53,356 nt of DNA, from sequence record DRR723986_5841; one strand, written 5' to 3'. This document shows positions 1 through 8,940 of this stretch, in pieces. The first letter of the stretch is position 1; the number at the start of each line of letters is the position of its first letter. The notes below the pieces were generated by a model that saw only the letters and a list, made by a program, of their open reading frames with translations, searched no databases and was not told the DNA's origin. Made by a program: the position numbers and the translations under genes.

Positions 1-57
1 TAGCGCATCTGGTTTGGGACCAGAGGGTCGAGGGTTCGAATCCTTCTGCCCCGACCA
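1..57 (+). tRNA. tRNA-Pro(TGG), 5' end cut by the window edge
   Basis: Anticodon arm TCTGG-TT[TGG]GA-CCAGA, T-loop GGTTCGAATCC, encoded CCA at 55-57. Confidence 0.93.
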
Positions 58-134
58 CCGAATTTAAAGGATGTTCTATCCTTGTCCAGTGGGTGCTTTC
101 TACCCATTCGCGTGTGCGAGTTACAATGCAAATT

Positions 135-211
135 CTGCCCGTAGCTCAGTTGGATAGAGCATCGGCCTTCTAAGCCGAGGGTCGGGGGTTCGAACCCCTC
201 CGGGCAGGCCA
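135..211 (+). tRNA. tRNA-Arg(TCT)
   Basis: Acceptor stem CTGCCCG/CGGGCAG, D-arm TAGCTCAGTTGGATAGAGC, anticodon arm TCGGC-CT[TCT]AA-GCCGA, GGTTCGAACC, CCA end. Confidence 0.96.
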
Positions 212-234
212 AGAATTTAGTACCGGTTTACGGT

Positions 235-311
235 GGCGGTGTTAGCTCAGTTGGTAGAGCAATGGATTGTGATTCCATGGGTCGTGGGTTCGAGCCCCAT
301 ACATCGCCCCA
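235..311 (+). tRNA. tRNA-His(GTG)
   Basis: G-1:C73 pair typical of tRNA-His, acceptor GCGGTGT/ACATCGC, anticodon arm ATGGA-TT[GTG]AT-TCCAT, GGTTCGAGCC, CCA end. Confidence 0.96.
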
Positions 312-320
312 AATAAAATA

Positions 321-356
321 AGGACTTAGCGCGAGTAATCCGCTAGGTCCTTTTTC
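321..356 (+). terminator. Rho-independent terminator of the tRNA operon
   Basis: AGGACTTAGCG...CGCTAGGTCCT hairpin followed by a T-run. Confidence 0.75.
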
Positions 357-400
357 ATTTATGATTTTGTTTCGTGTAGTTTGCAGTACAGGCAGTCATC

Positions 401-589
401 ATGACGAAGCGAAATTCGATGAAACAGGTCGTAAGCCCGGAACAATTGTCAAACCTGGATGAGTTGGTCGTTGACAAACGTTACGACAAGCGTGCAAAAG
501 CCAAAAAAGCTCGACGCAATCGACATTACGAAAAACAGTTTTTGCGCAACGCAGTTACCTCCGGAATTCTTTCTGAAGACCCGACCTGA
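401..589 (+). CDS. Small basic hypothetical protein (62 aa)
   Basis: ATG-started ORF filling the gap after the tRNA terminator; Lys/Arg-rich core DKRAKAKKARRNRHYEKQF. Confidence 0.6.
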   Translation: MTKRNSMKQVVSPEQLSNLDELVVDKRYDKRAKAKKARRNRHYEKQFLRNAVTSGILSEDPT

Positions 590-701
590 GCGATAAGTGA
601 CACGGTCAGTGTCAACATCGTGAGTTTGTGTCAGTTAGTCGACATTGGCAAATTCACACCTGTTCTACACTTTCTGAAACACATAGAAAGTGGAGACAGA
701 G

Positions 702-2981
702 ATGGGACGAACAGCCTCTTGTTTGGTATGGCTTTGTTTGCTTTTCTCCTTGGTGGGTTGCGTCGGTGGCGATGACAACGCCTCGGTGGCTGGAACACGA
801 GTTCAACCCGGGCAAACTGACTCGAGGCTCGATCAATTCAACATTGCCAATCAATGCTTTTCAGTTGCTACCGCCGATGGACGCTTTCTGGAGGTCGGTT
901 CTGGCAGCTATAGCCTCGGCAATGCACCTTCGCCCTTTTTTTTCAAGCCCAGTCGCTTGGGGCAATACTTGTTGTTGGATAGCGATGCAGGTTTTCTCGG
1001 GCTTTCCAATTCAAACCCTTTTAACCAAGCGCAGCTTATCCAGTTTCTCCGAACCGGCACCGATTTTTTGTCTGGTCTTGGTGATCTCGCGGAAGTGATT
1101 GAGCCTTTGAAGCCGGTCAGTGATCGCGTGCGTCAGGCTGGAGAGTCTTTGGGTGAGGCCATCGATCAGCAAAGTGCTGTATCAAGCAGCGATTCAACAC
1201 CCTTTGCACAGGCTGAGCCTGGATTCTTGACGGTGTGGGAAATCATTCCTGCGTCACGACAGAACTCATTTCGGTTTAGGCAACTGGTTACCCAACAGTT
1301 TCTGGCGATTCAAGGTGAGGGGCTTGCCTTGGTGAGTGGCGAGGCAGAGGCTGGCTCGTTTGTGTTACAACCCGCGTCGGGGTGCGCTTTGTTTCCTGAG
1401 GCCGAGTTGAATGCCACTGGTACGCCGTTCAAGGGCACCACTTCGAATGGGGAAGTGGTGGGTTGGGTGGACACGCACATTCACATTGGAGGCAGCGAGG
1501 CCTTGGGGGGCAAGCTCGCGCACGGTCGCCCGTTTCACCCTTTTGGCATTACCAAGGCCTTGAACAGTTGTGAAGCTGACCATGGCCCGCAGGGCACCTT
1601 GGGTGTGTTGGACAACCTGTTGGCCACCGGCAGCCCTGTCAACCAACACGCCACGGACGGTTGGCCCACTTTCAGTTATTGGCCCAACCCCAGGTCTCAA
1701 ACCCATCACCAAACTTATTACATGTGGATGAAGCGCGCATGGATGGGTGGGCAACGCATTATGGTGAATCACTTTGTGGCCAATGAGGTGATTTGCCAGG
1801 TGTGGCCTTTGAAGGAACATGATTGCGATGAAATGGAAAGCGTGAAATTGCAAAGGCAATTGCTGCTGGATCTGGAGGAATATGTTGACGCCCAGGAAGG
1901 TGGTCCCGGAAAGGGATGGTTCAGGATTGTTTACGACAGCGCCACGGCGCGTGACGTGATCGCTGACGGCAAGCTTGCTGTGGTGATGGGTATCGAAAAC
2001 GAAAAACTGTTCAACTGCGGCGAATTCATGGGCATGCCAGAGTGCACAGAGCAGCAAATTCTGGAGCGATTGGATGAGTTTTATGCGCTGGGTATTCGCA
2101 GCGTATTTCCTCTTCATATATTCGACAACGCGTTTGGAGGCACTGAAATTAGTCGCTTCACCAAGGATGCTGCGTTGATGCAGGTCTTCAATGCCGGCAA
2201 TATTTGGGAAACTGGTCACCCATTTGCAAGCACGACCTGTGAAGACATCGACAGTGCTGAACCGGCAACAGTGGACAGCAAGGACTATGGTTTGTTTGAA
2301 TTGGCTTTGCTGCAATTGACCAATACCCCGCCCACTCCCGAAGATGTGCCGGGACGGGAGTGCCAGCGCAATGCCCGTGGCTTGACGAAACTGGGTGATT
2401 TTTTAATCGATGCCTTGGCCAAGAAAGGCGTGATTGTTGAGACAGACCACATGGGCGCTCTGTCGCGCAAGCGGGTATTGGCCATGATGAAGGAACGTGG
2501 CCTGCCGGTGGTGTCCGGACACTCGGGTACCATCAGCGCCGCACGTGATAGCCAGCGCATCGTCGATTCGGGCGGACTAATTTCCAATTTGCCTGACAAA
2601 CCTTCTCCCACTGCCGTGGACTACATTCAAAAATTGAGTGCCTTGTATCCAGCTGGCAAAGCACCTGCGAGCGGATTTGGTTCAGACATCAACGGCATTC
2701 ACCAGCAGGCAGATCCCCGTGCTGACGCGGCTGAAAAGCCCTTGGTGTATCCCTTCAAATCACCGATGGGTGACGTGGTGTTTGAGCGCCAGAGAACCGG
2801 TGAGCGCGTGTATGACCTGAACACCGATGGTGTGGCCCACTACGGCTTGTACCCGGATTACATCGCGGACATGATGATGCAACCCGGCGGTAAGCCGGCT
2901 GTGGCCACTTTGTTCCGGTCGGCTGAGGCTTACTTGCAGTTGTGGGAAAAGGTAGAAAAATTCAGCCGTAGCCGTGACTAG
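702..2981 (+). CDS. Lipoprotein metallo-amidohydrolase (membrane dipeptidase/M19-like; sphingolipid ceramide N-deacylase-like)
   Basis: GGAGA RBS before ATG 702; lipobox LVG-C; amidohydrolase motifs DTHIH, GIE, ETDHM, SGHSG, FGSDING, GVAHYGLYPD. Confidence 0.72.
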   Translation: MGRTASCLVWLCLLFSLVGCVGGDDNASVAGTRVQPGQTDSRLDQFNIANQCFSVATADGRFLEVGSGSYSLGNAPSPFFFKPSRLGQYLLLDSDAGFLGLSNSNPFNQAQLIQFLRTGTDFLSGLGDLAEVIEPLKPVSDRVRQAGESLGEAIDQQSAVSSSDSTPFAQAEPGFLTVWEIIPASRQNSFRFRQLVTQQFLAIQGEGLALVSGEAEAGSFVLQPASGCALFPEAELNATGTPFKGTTSNGEVVGWVDTHIHIGGSEALGGKLAHGRPFHPFGITKALNSCEADHGPQGTLGVLDNLLATGSPVNQHATDGWPTFSYWPNPRSQTHHQTYYMWMKRAWMGGQRIMVNHFVANEVICQVWPLKEHDCDEMESVKLQRQLLLDLEEYVDAQEGGPGKGWFRIVYDSATARDVIADGKLAVVMGIENEKLFNCGEFMGMPECTEQQILERLDEFYALGIRSVFPLHIFDNAFGGTEISRFTKDAALMQVFNAGNIWETGHPFASTTCEDIDSAEPATVDSKDYGLFELALLQLTNTPPTPEDVPGRECQRNARGLTKLGDFLIDALAKKGVIVETDHMGALSRKRVLAMMKERGLPVVSGHSGTISAARDSQRIVDSGGLISNLPDKPSPTAVDYIQKLSALYPAGKAPASGFGSDINGIHQQADPRADAAEKPLVYPFKSPMGDVVFERQRTGERVYDLNTDGVAHYGLYPDYIADMMMQPGGKPAVATLFRSAEAYLQLWEKVEKFSRSRD

Positions 2982-3099
2982 TTTGGACTATGCTGCAACG
3001 GTGTAACCTTTGATCGTTGCTGGCGAACTCTGTTCTGAGCCGCAAGCCAAAACTTCGGTTTCACGAATCCAAACTTTAAAACTTCGCAGGTTTGCGCCA

Positions 3100-5259
3100 A
3101 TGAATTCTCGACTTCAACACATGCCCGCCCAAAGCGAGCACTTTCTTCGCACACCCTGTTTGGCAGGTAGCGACATTGAATCCAAGCGCGGCGAGTTGTT
3201 GCAATACTTTCATGCGAGTTTTGATCGCTATGAGTCGCTTTTTGAGTTGTTGAGCTGTGATGAGGCTTATTACAAAAAGCCGATCAGCTTGCGCCACCCA
3301 CTGATTTTTTACTTTGGCCACACGGCCACTTTTTTTATTAATAAATTTTTGTTGGTGGGGCTGATCGATCAACGAATTGATCCGCGCCTGGAATCCATGT
3401 TCGCAGTGGGTGTGGATGAAATGAGTTGGGATGATCTGGACGATGCCCGCTATGATTGGCCCACTGTTGAAGAGGTGAGGGCCTACCGCAACAAAGCTCG
3501 GGAGGTGATTGACCAGGTGATTCGCCACACGCCGTTTACCCTGCCGATCGGCTGGAATGATCCGTTTTGGGCGGTGGTGATGGGGATTGAGCATGAACAT
3601 ATTCACTTGGAAACCTCGTCGGTGCTGATGCGGCAACACGCCTTGCAATATGTGAAGCCACACCCTGCCTGGCAGCCATGTCAGAAAACCGGCGATGCAC
3701 CGAGAAATGAACTGGTTGGTATACCCGCAGGCCGCGTGGTGTTGGGACGTACGTTGAATGAGCCGATTTACGGCTGGGACAATGAGTATGGTCGTCACCA
3801 AGCCGATGTGCCAGCGTTTCAAACTACTCAATATTTGGTCAGCAACAGTGAGTTTTTGGAATTTGTGAATGCGGGTGGTTACGCCAATACACGCTATTGG
3901 GATGAAGAAGGCGCGAGTTGGAACGAGTTTGCCAAGGCCACGCACCCCACTTTCTGGGTGCGTGATACCGATGCGCAAGAATCTTGGAAACTCAGACTGC
4001 TTACCGAAGAAGTGCCCATGCCCTGGGACTGGCCTGTGGAAACGAACTACCACGAGTCGCGGGCGTTTTGCCGTTGGAAAGCTGAGCAAACTGGCCAGCC
4101 AGTGCGCCTGCCAACCGAGGATGAGTGGAACCGCATTTATGACCATGCACAGCTTGCAGATGTACCAGCCCACGCGCGGGCCAACGCCAATTTGCACCTG
4201 GACCATTGGGCATCAAGCTGCCCGGTAAACCAGTTTGCGCATGGAGACTTGTTCGATGTGGTGGGCAATGTGTGGCAGTGGTGTGAAACCCCCACTTACC
4301 CTTTTGATGGTTTCGATGTGCACCCGATTTACGATGATTTCACAAGCCCCACGTTTGACAATCGCCACAATATCATCAAAGGCGGCAGCTGGATTTCATG
4401 CGGCAATGAAAGTCGTCACGCTTCACGCTATGCCTTTCGGAAACACTTTTTCCAACACGCCGGTTTTCGTTATGTGGTGACCGACACCCCGGCCACCAAT
4501 CCTTTGTCGACTTATGAAAGTGACGCGCTGGTCTCGCAGTACGCTGAATTCCATTACGGCGAAGAATCGTTGGGGGTGCCCAATTTCGCGAAAACCATGG
4601 CTGACTTGGCGATTACTGTTCACCAACAATATGGCAACGGCGCGTTCGGCAAGGCGCTTGACCTGGGTTGCGCCACTGGCCGCTCGAGCTTTGAGTTGGC
4701 CCGCGTGTTTGACAAGGTACTTGGAATTGATTTCTCGACCCTGTTGATTCAGGTCGGCATTCGGCTTAAGGAGACAGGCACCATCCGTTACACCTTGCCA
4801 GACGAAGGCGAATTGCTGAGCTATTACGAGCGCAGGCTTGACACTCTTGACCTGGCTGACACCGCTGGGCGAGTGGAGTTTTGGCAAGGTGACGCTTGCA
4901 ATTTGAAGGATATTTATACCGGCTTTGACCTCATATTGGCGGCCAATTTGATCGACAGGCTGTATGCGCCTCGCCGATTTCTGACTGAGGTAGCGAGTCG
5001 GGTAAATCCCGGCGGTCTGTTGGTATTGGCTTCGCCTTACACCTGGTTGGAGGAATACACCAAACGCGAGGAGTGGATTGGAGGTTTTAAGAAAGACGGT
5101 GAGTCTTACAGCACACTGGATGGCTTGAAGGAAATTTTGAACGGTGCTTTCACGCTGGTGGATACACCGAAGGCTGTGCCATTTGTGATTCGAGAAACCC
5201 GCCGCAAACACCAATACACACTGAGTGAGGTGACAGTTTGGAGGCGGGTAACACACTAA
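3100..5259 (+). CDS. ovoA: 5-histidylcysteine sulfoxide synthase with C-terminal SAM methyltransferase (ovothiol biosynthesis)
   Basis: DinB-like domain (LRHPLIFYFGHT, iron motif HEHIHLE), FGE-sulfatase domain (YGWDNEYG, GNVWQW, RYAFRKHFFQHAGFRY), methyltransferase (LDLGCATGR, FWQGDACNL). Start uncertain (3100 or 3121). Confidence 0.93.
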   Translation: MNSRLQHMPAQSEHFLRTPCLAGSDIESKRGELLQYFHASFDRYESLFELLSCDEAYYKKPISLRHPLIFYFGHTATFFINKFLLVGLIDQRIDPRLESMFAVGVDEMSWDDLDDARYDWPTVEEVRAYRNKAREVIDQVIRHTPFTLPIGWNDPFWAVVMGIEHEHIHLETSSVLMRQHALQYVKPHPAWQPCQKTGDAPRNELVGIPAGRVVLGRTLNEPIYGWDNEYGRHQADVPAFQTTQYLVSNSEFLEFVNAGGYANTRYWDEEGASWNEFAKATHPTFWVRDTDAQESWKLRLLTEEVPMPWDWPVETNYHESRAFCRWKAEQTGQPVRLPTEDEWNRIYDHAQLADVPAHARANANLHLDHWASSCPVNQFAHGDLFDVVGNVWQWCETPTYPFDGFDVHPIYDDFTSPTFDNRHNIIKGGSWISCGNESRHASRYAFRKHFFQHAGFRYVVTDTPATNPLSTYESDALVSQYAEFHYGEESLGVPNFAKTMADLAITVHQQYGNGAFGKALDLGCATGRSSFELARVFDKVLGIDFSTLLIQVGIRLKETGTIRYTLPDEGELLSYYERRLDTLDLADTAGRVEFWQGDACNLKDIYTGFDLILAANLIDRLYAPRRFLTEVASRVNPGGLLVLASPYTWLEEYTKREEWIGGFKKDGESYSTLDGLKEILNGAFTLVDTPKAVPFVIRETRRKHQYTLSEVTVWRRVTH

Positions 5260-5276
5260 AGGAAAGGTAATTCACC

Positions 5277-5309
5277 ACAGGGTTCCAATATTGGCCATTG
5301 GAACCCTGT
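5277..5309. terminator. Inverted repeat between convergent ovoA and subtilase genes
   Basis: ACAGGGTTCCAAT-N7-ATTGGAACCCTGT perfect 13-bp stem. Confidence 0.6.
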
Positions 5310-5318
5310 CTTGGTCGG

Positions 5319-6620
5319 CTATCGACTATAGAGCATCAAATTCAAAGTGTTTCTTGAATCACTCACCACGCCCGAAGTGGCTTCATTTCTCAAGGCAGTG
5401 GCCACATTGCCGGGTGCAATGCCTTTTGAAAGCAGTTTGGCGGCAGCGCCCGCCACATGGGGTGAGGCCATGGATGTGCCGCTCAATACTTGTTGAGCGT
5501 TGTCGTTGTTGATGCCGGCCGAAGTAATTTCGCTGCCCGGTGCGAACAAGTCGACACAACTGCCTATGTTGGAGAAAGAGGAACGTCTGTCGTTGCGGTC
5601 GGTGGATGCCACAGTCAAGGCCAAAGGTTCACGAGCTGGCGAGAATTCGCATGCATCACGCGAATCGTTGCCCGCAGCCACTACAGTGACAATACCTGCG
5701 TTGTGGGCTGCACGAATTGCTTGATCCACTGCGCTGGAAGCTCCACCGCCCAGACTGAGGTTCATTACCGCTGGCTTTACATGGTTTTGAATTACCCAAT
5801 CAATGCCTGCCACCGTTGATGACGAAGTACCTGTGCCCGCGCAATTAACCACACGTACACCGTGGAGAATCACATTTTTTGCCACGCCAAACTGCGTGCC
5901 ACCAATAGTGCCCGCAACGTGGGTGCCATGCCCGTTGCAATCGCTGGGTGTGGATGATGGGTCAAACGGATCCGAAGGATTACCAGAGGAAGGGGGTGGG
6001 GAGCTGGGAGAACCGAACAAGCCCCCAAACAACCCGCCACCACCAAGAAATCCACCGCCCAGAAAACCGCCACCTAACAAGCCGCCCGACGAAGAGCCGA
6101 TTGTGGCGTCAAAACCGTTGCCCACGCGCCCCCGGAATTCAACGTGGCTTGCTCGCAAGCCTGAGTCTACGACGTAGGCATGTACTTGGGCACCTGTGGA
6201 TGAGTAGGTGTATCGCATGTCTCGCGCATTTTCACGAGTGTCCAAACGGTCCAGGCCCCAGGTGGCATTGTTTTGCGTAATTTCGTTGTTCAGTTTGAAT
6301 GTTTGGTCTTGTTCAACATAGGCCACCAAGCCACTTCGGTTCAAGCCGCGAGCAATGTGGTCGGGCAGGTTGACTGCAAAACCCTTGAATACGTTCTTAT
6401 AGCGAAAGTTGATTTGTTGTGCGGGTAAACCCAGTTGGGCTTGTGCTTGATCCAGCAGGTTTTTAACAGGAGTGCCAATAGGCAAATCCAGAATTTGAGT
6501 CAGTGTTGCGGTGTCCTTAAGTACAACAATGTATTGGTTTTGGATGGGTTCGGCTTGGGACAGACTTGCTGTGGCGAACAAGCTTAAGGTTGCAGTGATC
6601 CGAATAAGACGAGAAGGCAT
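5319..6620 (-). CDS. Secreted S8 subtilisin-family serine protease (aqualysin/proteinase K type) with I9 propeptide
   Basis: Signal peptide; catalytic motifs VVDSG, HGTHVAG, GTSMASPHVAG; oxyanion AAGN; TWGLDRLD. Confidence 0.93.
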   Translation of the reverse strand: MPSRLIRITATLSLFATASLSQAEPIQNQYIVVLKDTATLTQILDLPIGTPVKNLLDQAQAQLGLPAQQINFRYKNVFKGFAVNLPDHIARGLNRSGLVAYVEQDQTFKLNNEITQNNATWGLDRLDTRENARDMRYTYSSTGAQVHAYVVDSGLRASHVEFRGRVGNGFDATIGSSSGGLLGGGFLGGGFLGGGGLFGGLFGSPSSPPPSSGNPSDPFDPSSTPSDCNGHGTHVAGTIGGTQFGVAKNVILHGVRVVNCAGTGTSSSTVAGIDWVIQNHVKPAVMNLSLGGGASSAVDQAIRAAHNAGIVTVVAAGNDSRDACEFSPAREPLALTVASTDRNDRRSSFSNIGSCVDLFAPGSEITSAGINNDNAQQVLSGTSMASPHVAGAAAKLLSKGIAPGNVATALRNEATSGVVSDSRNTLNLMLYSR

Positions 6621-6852
6621 GAAAGCTCCGTATAAATAGTAGGCAACACCATTTCATTGATACTTCGCCTGACAAGAATCCGATTCGTATTGAGTGACTA
6701 AATGAATCGTCAAATCAGTGCAATAGACCAAGTCTGCAAACCGTGTGTCTTCACATGATAATTGATGCTTTTTTATGCCTGGTCTGTAAGCACTTTTGAA
6801 GTGCTTCACTGTGGTATGTTGTTAAAAGTTCAAATACAACTTTCACTGGAAT

Positions 6853-7260
6853 ATGAATAACAACAACAGCCACAGTATCGTCATCGGATATATTCTCTGG
6901 ATTTTTGGTTTCATGGGCGCACACCGTTTTTATTACGGGCGGCCCATCTCCGGCATCATCTGGTTTTTCACACTTGGACTTTTTTTGATCGGCTGGATCG
7001 TAGACTTGTTCTTGATACCCAGCATGGACAGAAGCGCCGATCGACGCTTTTTGACTGGTCCGATCAACTACAACATTGCTTGGGTGTTGCTCACATTTCT
7101 GGGTATTTTCGGTATCCACCGCTTTTACCAGCGCAAGTGGATTACTGGTGTGATCTACCTGCTCACCGTGGGCTTATTTGGTATCGGTATTATTTACGAC
7201 TGGTGCACCCTGAATGACCAAATCGATGAACTTCATCGAGATGGTGCATTGAGCCAATAG
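6853..7260 (+). CDS. TM2-domain membrane protein (two TM2 repeats)
   Basis: Two repeats FGFMGAHRFY / LGIFGIHRFY, each followed by a hydrophobic helix ending in W/Y-x-x-D. Confidence 0.88.
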   Translation: MNNNNSHSIVIGYILWIFGFMGAHRFYYGRPISGIIWFFTLGLFLIGWIVDLFLIPSMDRSADRRFLTGPINYNIAWVLLTFLGIFGIHRFYQRKWITGVIYLLTVGLFGIGIIYDWCTLNDQIDELHRDGALSQ

Positions 7261-7263
7261 GGT

Positions 7264-7764
7264 TTACTTCACAGTGCCGAAATGTTTTTCGGTGTCGCGA
7301 ATGAATCCATCGAACAAAGCCAGTTTGGCGGCTGGGCTAATCAGCTTTAAGGGCAAGCCCAGCCCGAAACGCCCGGCCATGGCGAACTTCCATACAAAGC
7401 GGCAGCCTTCATCTGTGGGTGTGACTTCATACAACTCTGCAAACTGTTTGAATGCGGGTGCATTGGCCTGTTCCACATAAAAGGCATGGCGACGTTCTGC
7501 TTCGTCCCAAATGAAAAATCGTTCTTTCAACTTGATGGTGTTGAAGTTTGCTGCCACCTCGCGGGTAGTCCCCACTCGGAAAGGCCGTTCGCTGGTGTAG
7601 CGGCCGTTCAAGGCCTTGCACCATGCCAGTGGCTTGTCAGCCACCAACCCTGCCCATACTTCGTCGGCGGTGGCGCTCAGATGCATTGAATACTCGAAGC
7701 GAAGCGGGGCGGTGTCGAAAAACGATTCGTCAGTGACCTTGTCGAGGTCGAACCAAATGGCCAT
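7264..7764 (-). CDS. SRPBCC/START (polyketide cyclase-like) ligand-binding protein
   Basis: ATADEVW, VGTTREV, ERFFIWDE, YEVTPTDEGCRFVW patterns; GGAGA RBS. Confidence 0.8.
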   Translation of the reverse strand: MAIWFDLDKVTDESFFDTAPLRFEYSMHLSATADEVWAGLVADKPLAWCKALNGRYTSERPFRVGTTREVAANFNTIKLKERFFIWDEAERRHAFYVEQANAPAFKQFAELYEVTPTDEGCRFVWKFAMAGRFGLGLPLKLISPAAKLALFDGFIRDTEKHFGTVK

Positions 7765-7798
7765 TCAAAGTCTCCTTGTCTGTTGAGGGCATCTTTTT

Positions 7799-7875
7799 TT
7801 CATATTGTATTCATCTTTCCGTGGCGCCTTGTTCATGTAACAGCACAGTTTAGGTTAAGGCTCGGCGTTCAAACT
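7799..7875 (+). promoter_or_regulatory. Phased TTCAT-repeat promoter 1 (putative OmpR-family regulator sites)
   Basis: TTCAT at 7799, 7810, 7832; TTAAG at 7855; -10-like CAAACT at 7870. Confidence 0.7.
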
Positions 7876-7931
7876 GATTTTCATGCAGATATGTTCTGCA
7901 CTTGATCGAGAAACCCCAAAGGAGAAATATC

Positions 7932-8297
7932 ATGAAAAAGATTATTGCAGTCTCACTTGCTTTTGGCTTCAGTGGCGCAGTATTGGCCAGTGATTTGACC
8001 TACGGCGATGGTACTTACCACGTTGTTAAAGAATCGAAACCGTCCAGCTTGACCCGCGCTGAAGTGCTGTCCAACACTGAAAGTACCAATGTGGCCAATG
8101 CGCTGGATGGTTCTGTAACACCCAGCTATGCCCCAAATACTATGCTTACTCGCTCGGATGTGATCCGTAAAATGGAAGGTTTCCAGTATGCGGACTTTGG
8201 TGATGCAACTAACCCGACTCCTTGGGTGAAGGTGCGGGACGACAACAGCAACTTTGCGCAGGACGAAAGCAGCAAACCTGCGACAAAAACCAACTGA
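7932..8297 (+). CDS. Small secreted protein with two LTRAEV-type (DUF4148-like) repeats, paralog 1
   Basis: AAGGAG RBS, Sec signal peptide MKKIIAVSLAFGFSGAVLA, repeats LTRAEVL / LTRSDVI; clearly homologous to 8513..8824. Confidence 0.8.
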   Translation: MKKIIAVSLAFGFSGAVLASDLTYGDGTYHVVKESKPSSLTRAEVLSNTESTNVANALDGSVTPSYAPNTMLTRSDVIRKMEGFQYADFGDATNPTPWVKVRDDNSNFAQDESSKPATKTN

Positions 8298-8354
8298 TCT
8301 GTCGGTTTTCGCTTTCTTCATCTCACCCCCTGGGCTGTAAAAAGTCCAATTTCT

Positions 8355-8378
8355 GGCCCGAGCAATCGGGCCTTTTTT
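8355..8378 (+). terminator. Rho-independent terminator
   Basis: GGCCCG-AGCAAT-CGGGCC followed by TTTTTT. Confidence 0.75.
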
Positions 8379-8379
8379 G

Positions 8380-8456
8380 TTCATCAAACATTCATATTCC
8401 AAACCGCACTTGTTCATTGAAGCCTTTGGCTTAGGTTAAGGCGATGCGCTCACACT
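8380..8456 (+). promoter_or_regulatory. Phased TTCAT-repeat promoter 2
   Basis: TTCAT at 8380, 8391, 8413; TTAAG at 8436; -10-like CACACT at 8451. Offsets are identical to promoter 1. Confidence 0.7.
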
Positions 8457-8512
8457 GAGTTCACGCAGACTGATTGCAATAACCGATTACCAACCCGTTT
8501 AGGAGAAATACG

Positions 8513-8824
8513 ATGAAGAAAACGATTGCACTGTCACTGGTCTTTGGACTGAGTGGAACTGCAGTGGCGGCCAGCGACCTGTTTATGGGTGATGGCACCA
8601 ACCATGTTCGTATGGACAGCAAGCCATCTAACTTAACTCGAGCGGAGGTCCTTTCCAAAACAGACAGCAGCAATATCGCGAATTCGCTGGACGGTACGGT
8701 ATTGCCCAGCTACAGGCCAAGTTCGACGTTAACCCGCGCAGAGGTAATACGAAGAATGGAAGGTTACAGGTATGTTGAGTTTGGCGATGGAACCAGCATG
8801 AACCCTTGGGAGAGAATCAAGTAA
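8513..8824 (+). CDS. Small secreted protein with two LTRAEV-type (DUF4148-like) repeats, paralog 2
   Basis: AGGAG RBS, signal peptide MKKTIALSLVFGLSGTAVAA, repeats LTRAEVL / LTRAEVI; shares GDGT, SKPS, LDG, MEG, FGD, PW with paralog 1. Confidence 0.8.
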   Translation: MKKTIALSLVFGLSGTAVAASDLFMGDGTNHVRMDSKPSNLTRAEVLSKTDSSNIANSLDGTVLPSYRPSSTLTRAEVIRRMEGYRYVEFGDGTSMNPWERIK

Positions 8825-8870
8825 TCATGATTTTTCCATTCACTTTGGGGCTTTACAAAGCTCCTTGGTA

Positions 8871-8895
8871 GGGCCTGAATTTCAGGCCTTTTTTT
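8871..8895 (+). terminator. Rho-independent terminator
   Basis: GGCCTGAA-T-TTCAGGCC hairpin followed by a T-run. Confidence 0.7.
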
Positions 8896-8940
8896 CTTCA
8901 TAATGATTTATATTACATTCTAATGTCTGGTCAAAATCCG

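Noticed and set aside
235-700. Genomic island integrated at tRNA-His
   Set aside because: No integrase follows the tRNAs, and I found no repeat of the tRNA 3' end elsewhere in the window.
1365-5256. Long antisense ORFs (1365..2315, 3076..4206, 4423..5256) and similar ones opposite dmp and other genes
   Set aside because: They shadow well-supported genes on the other strand and have no recognisable motifs.
6669-6712. TGAC...GTCA site upstream of the subtilase as the same operator as 598-614
   Set aside because: Spacing differs (N10 versus N9) and the match is only 4 bp per arm, which is expected by chance.
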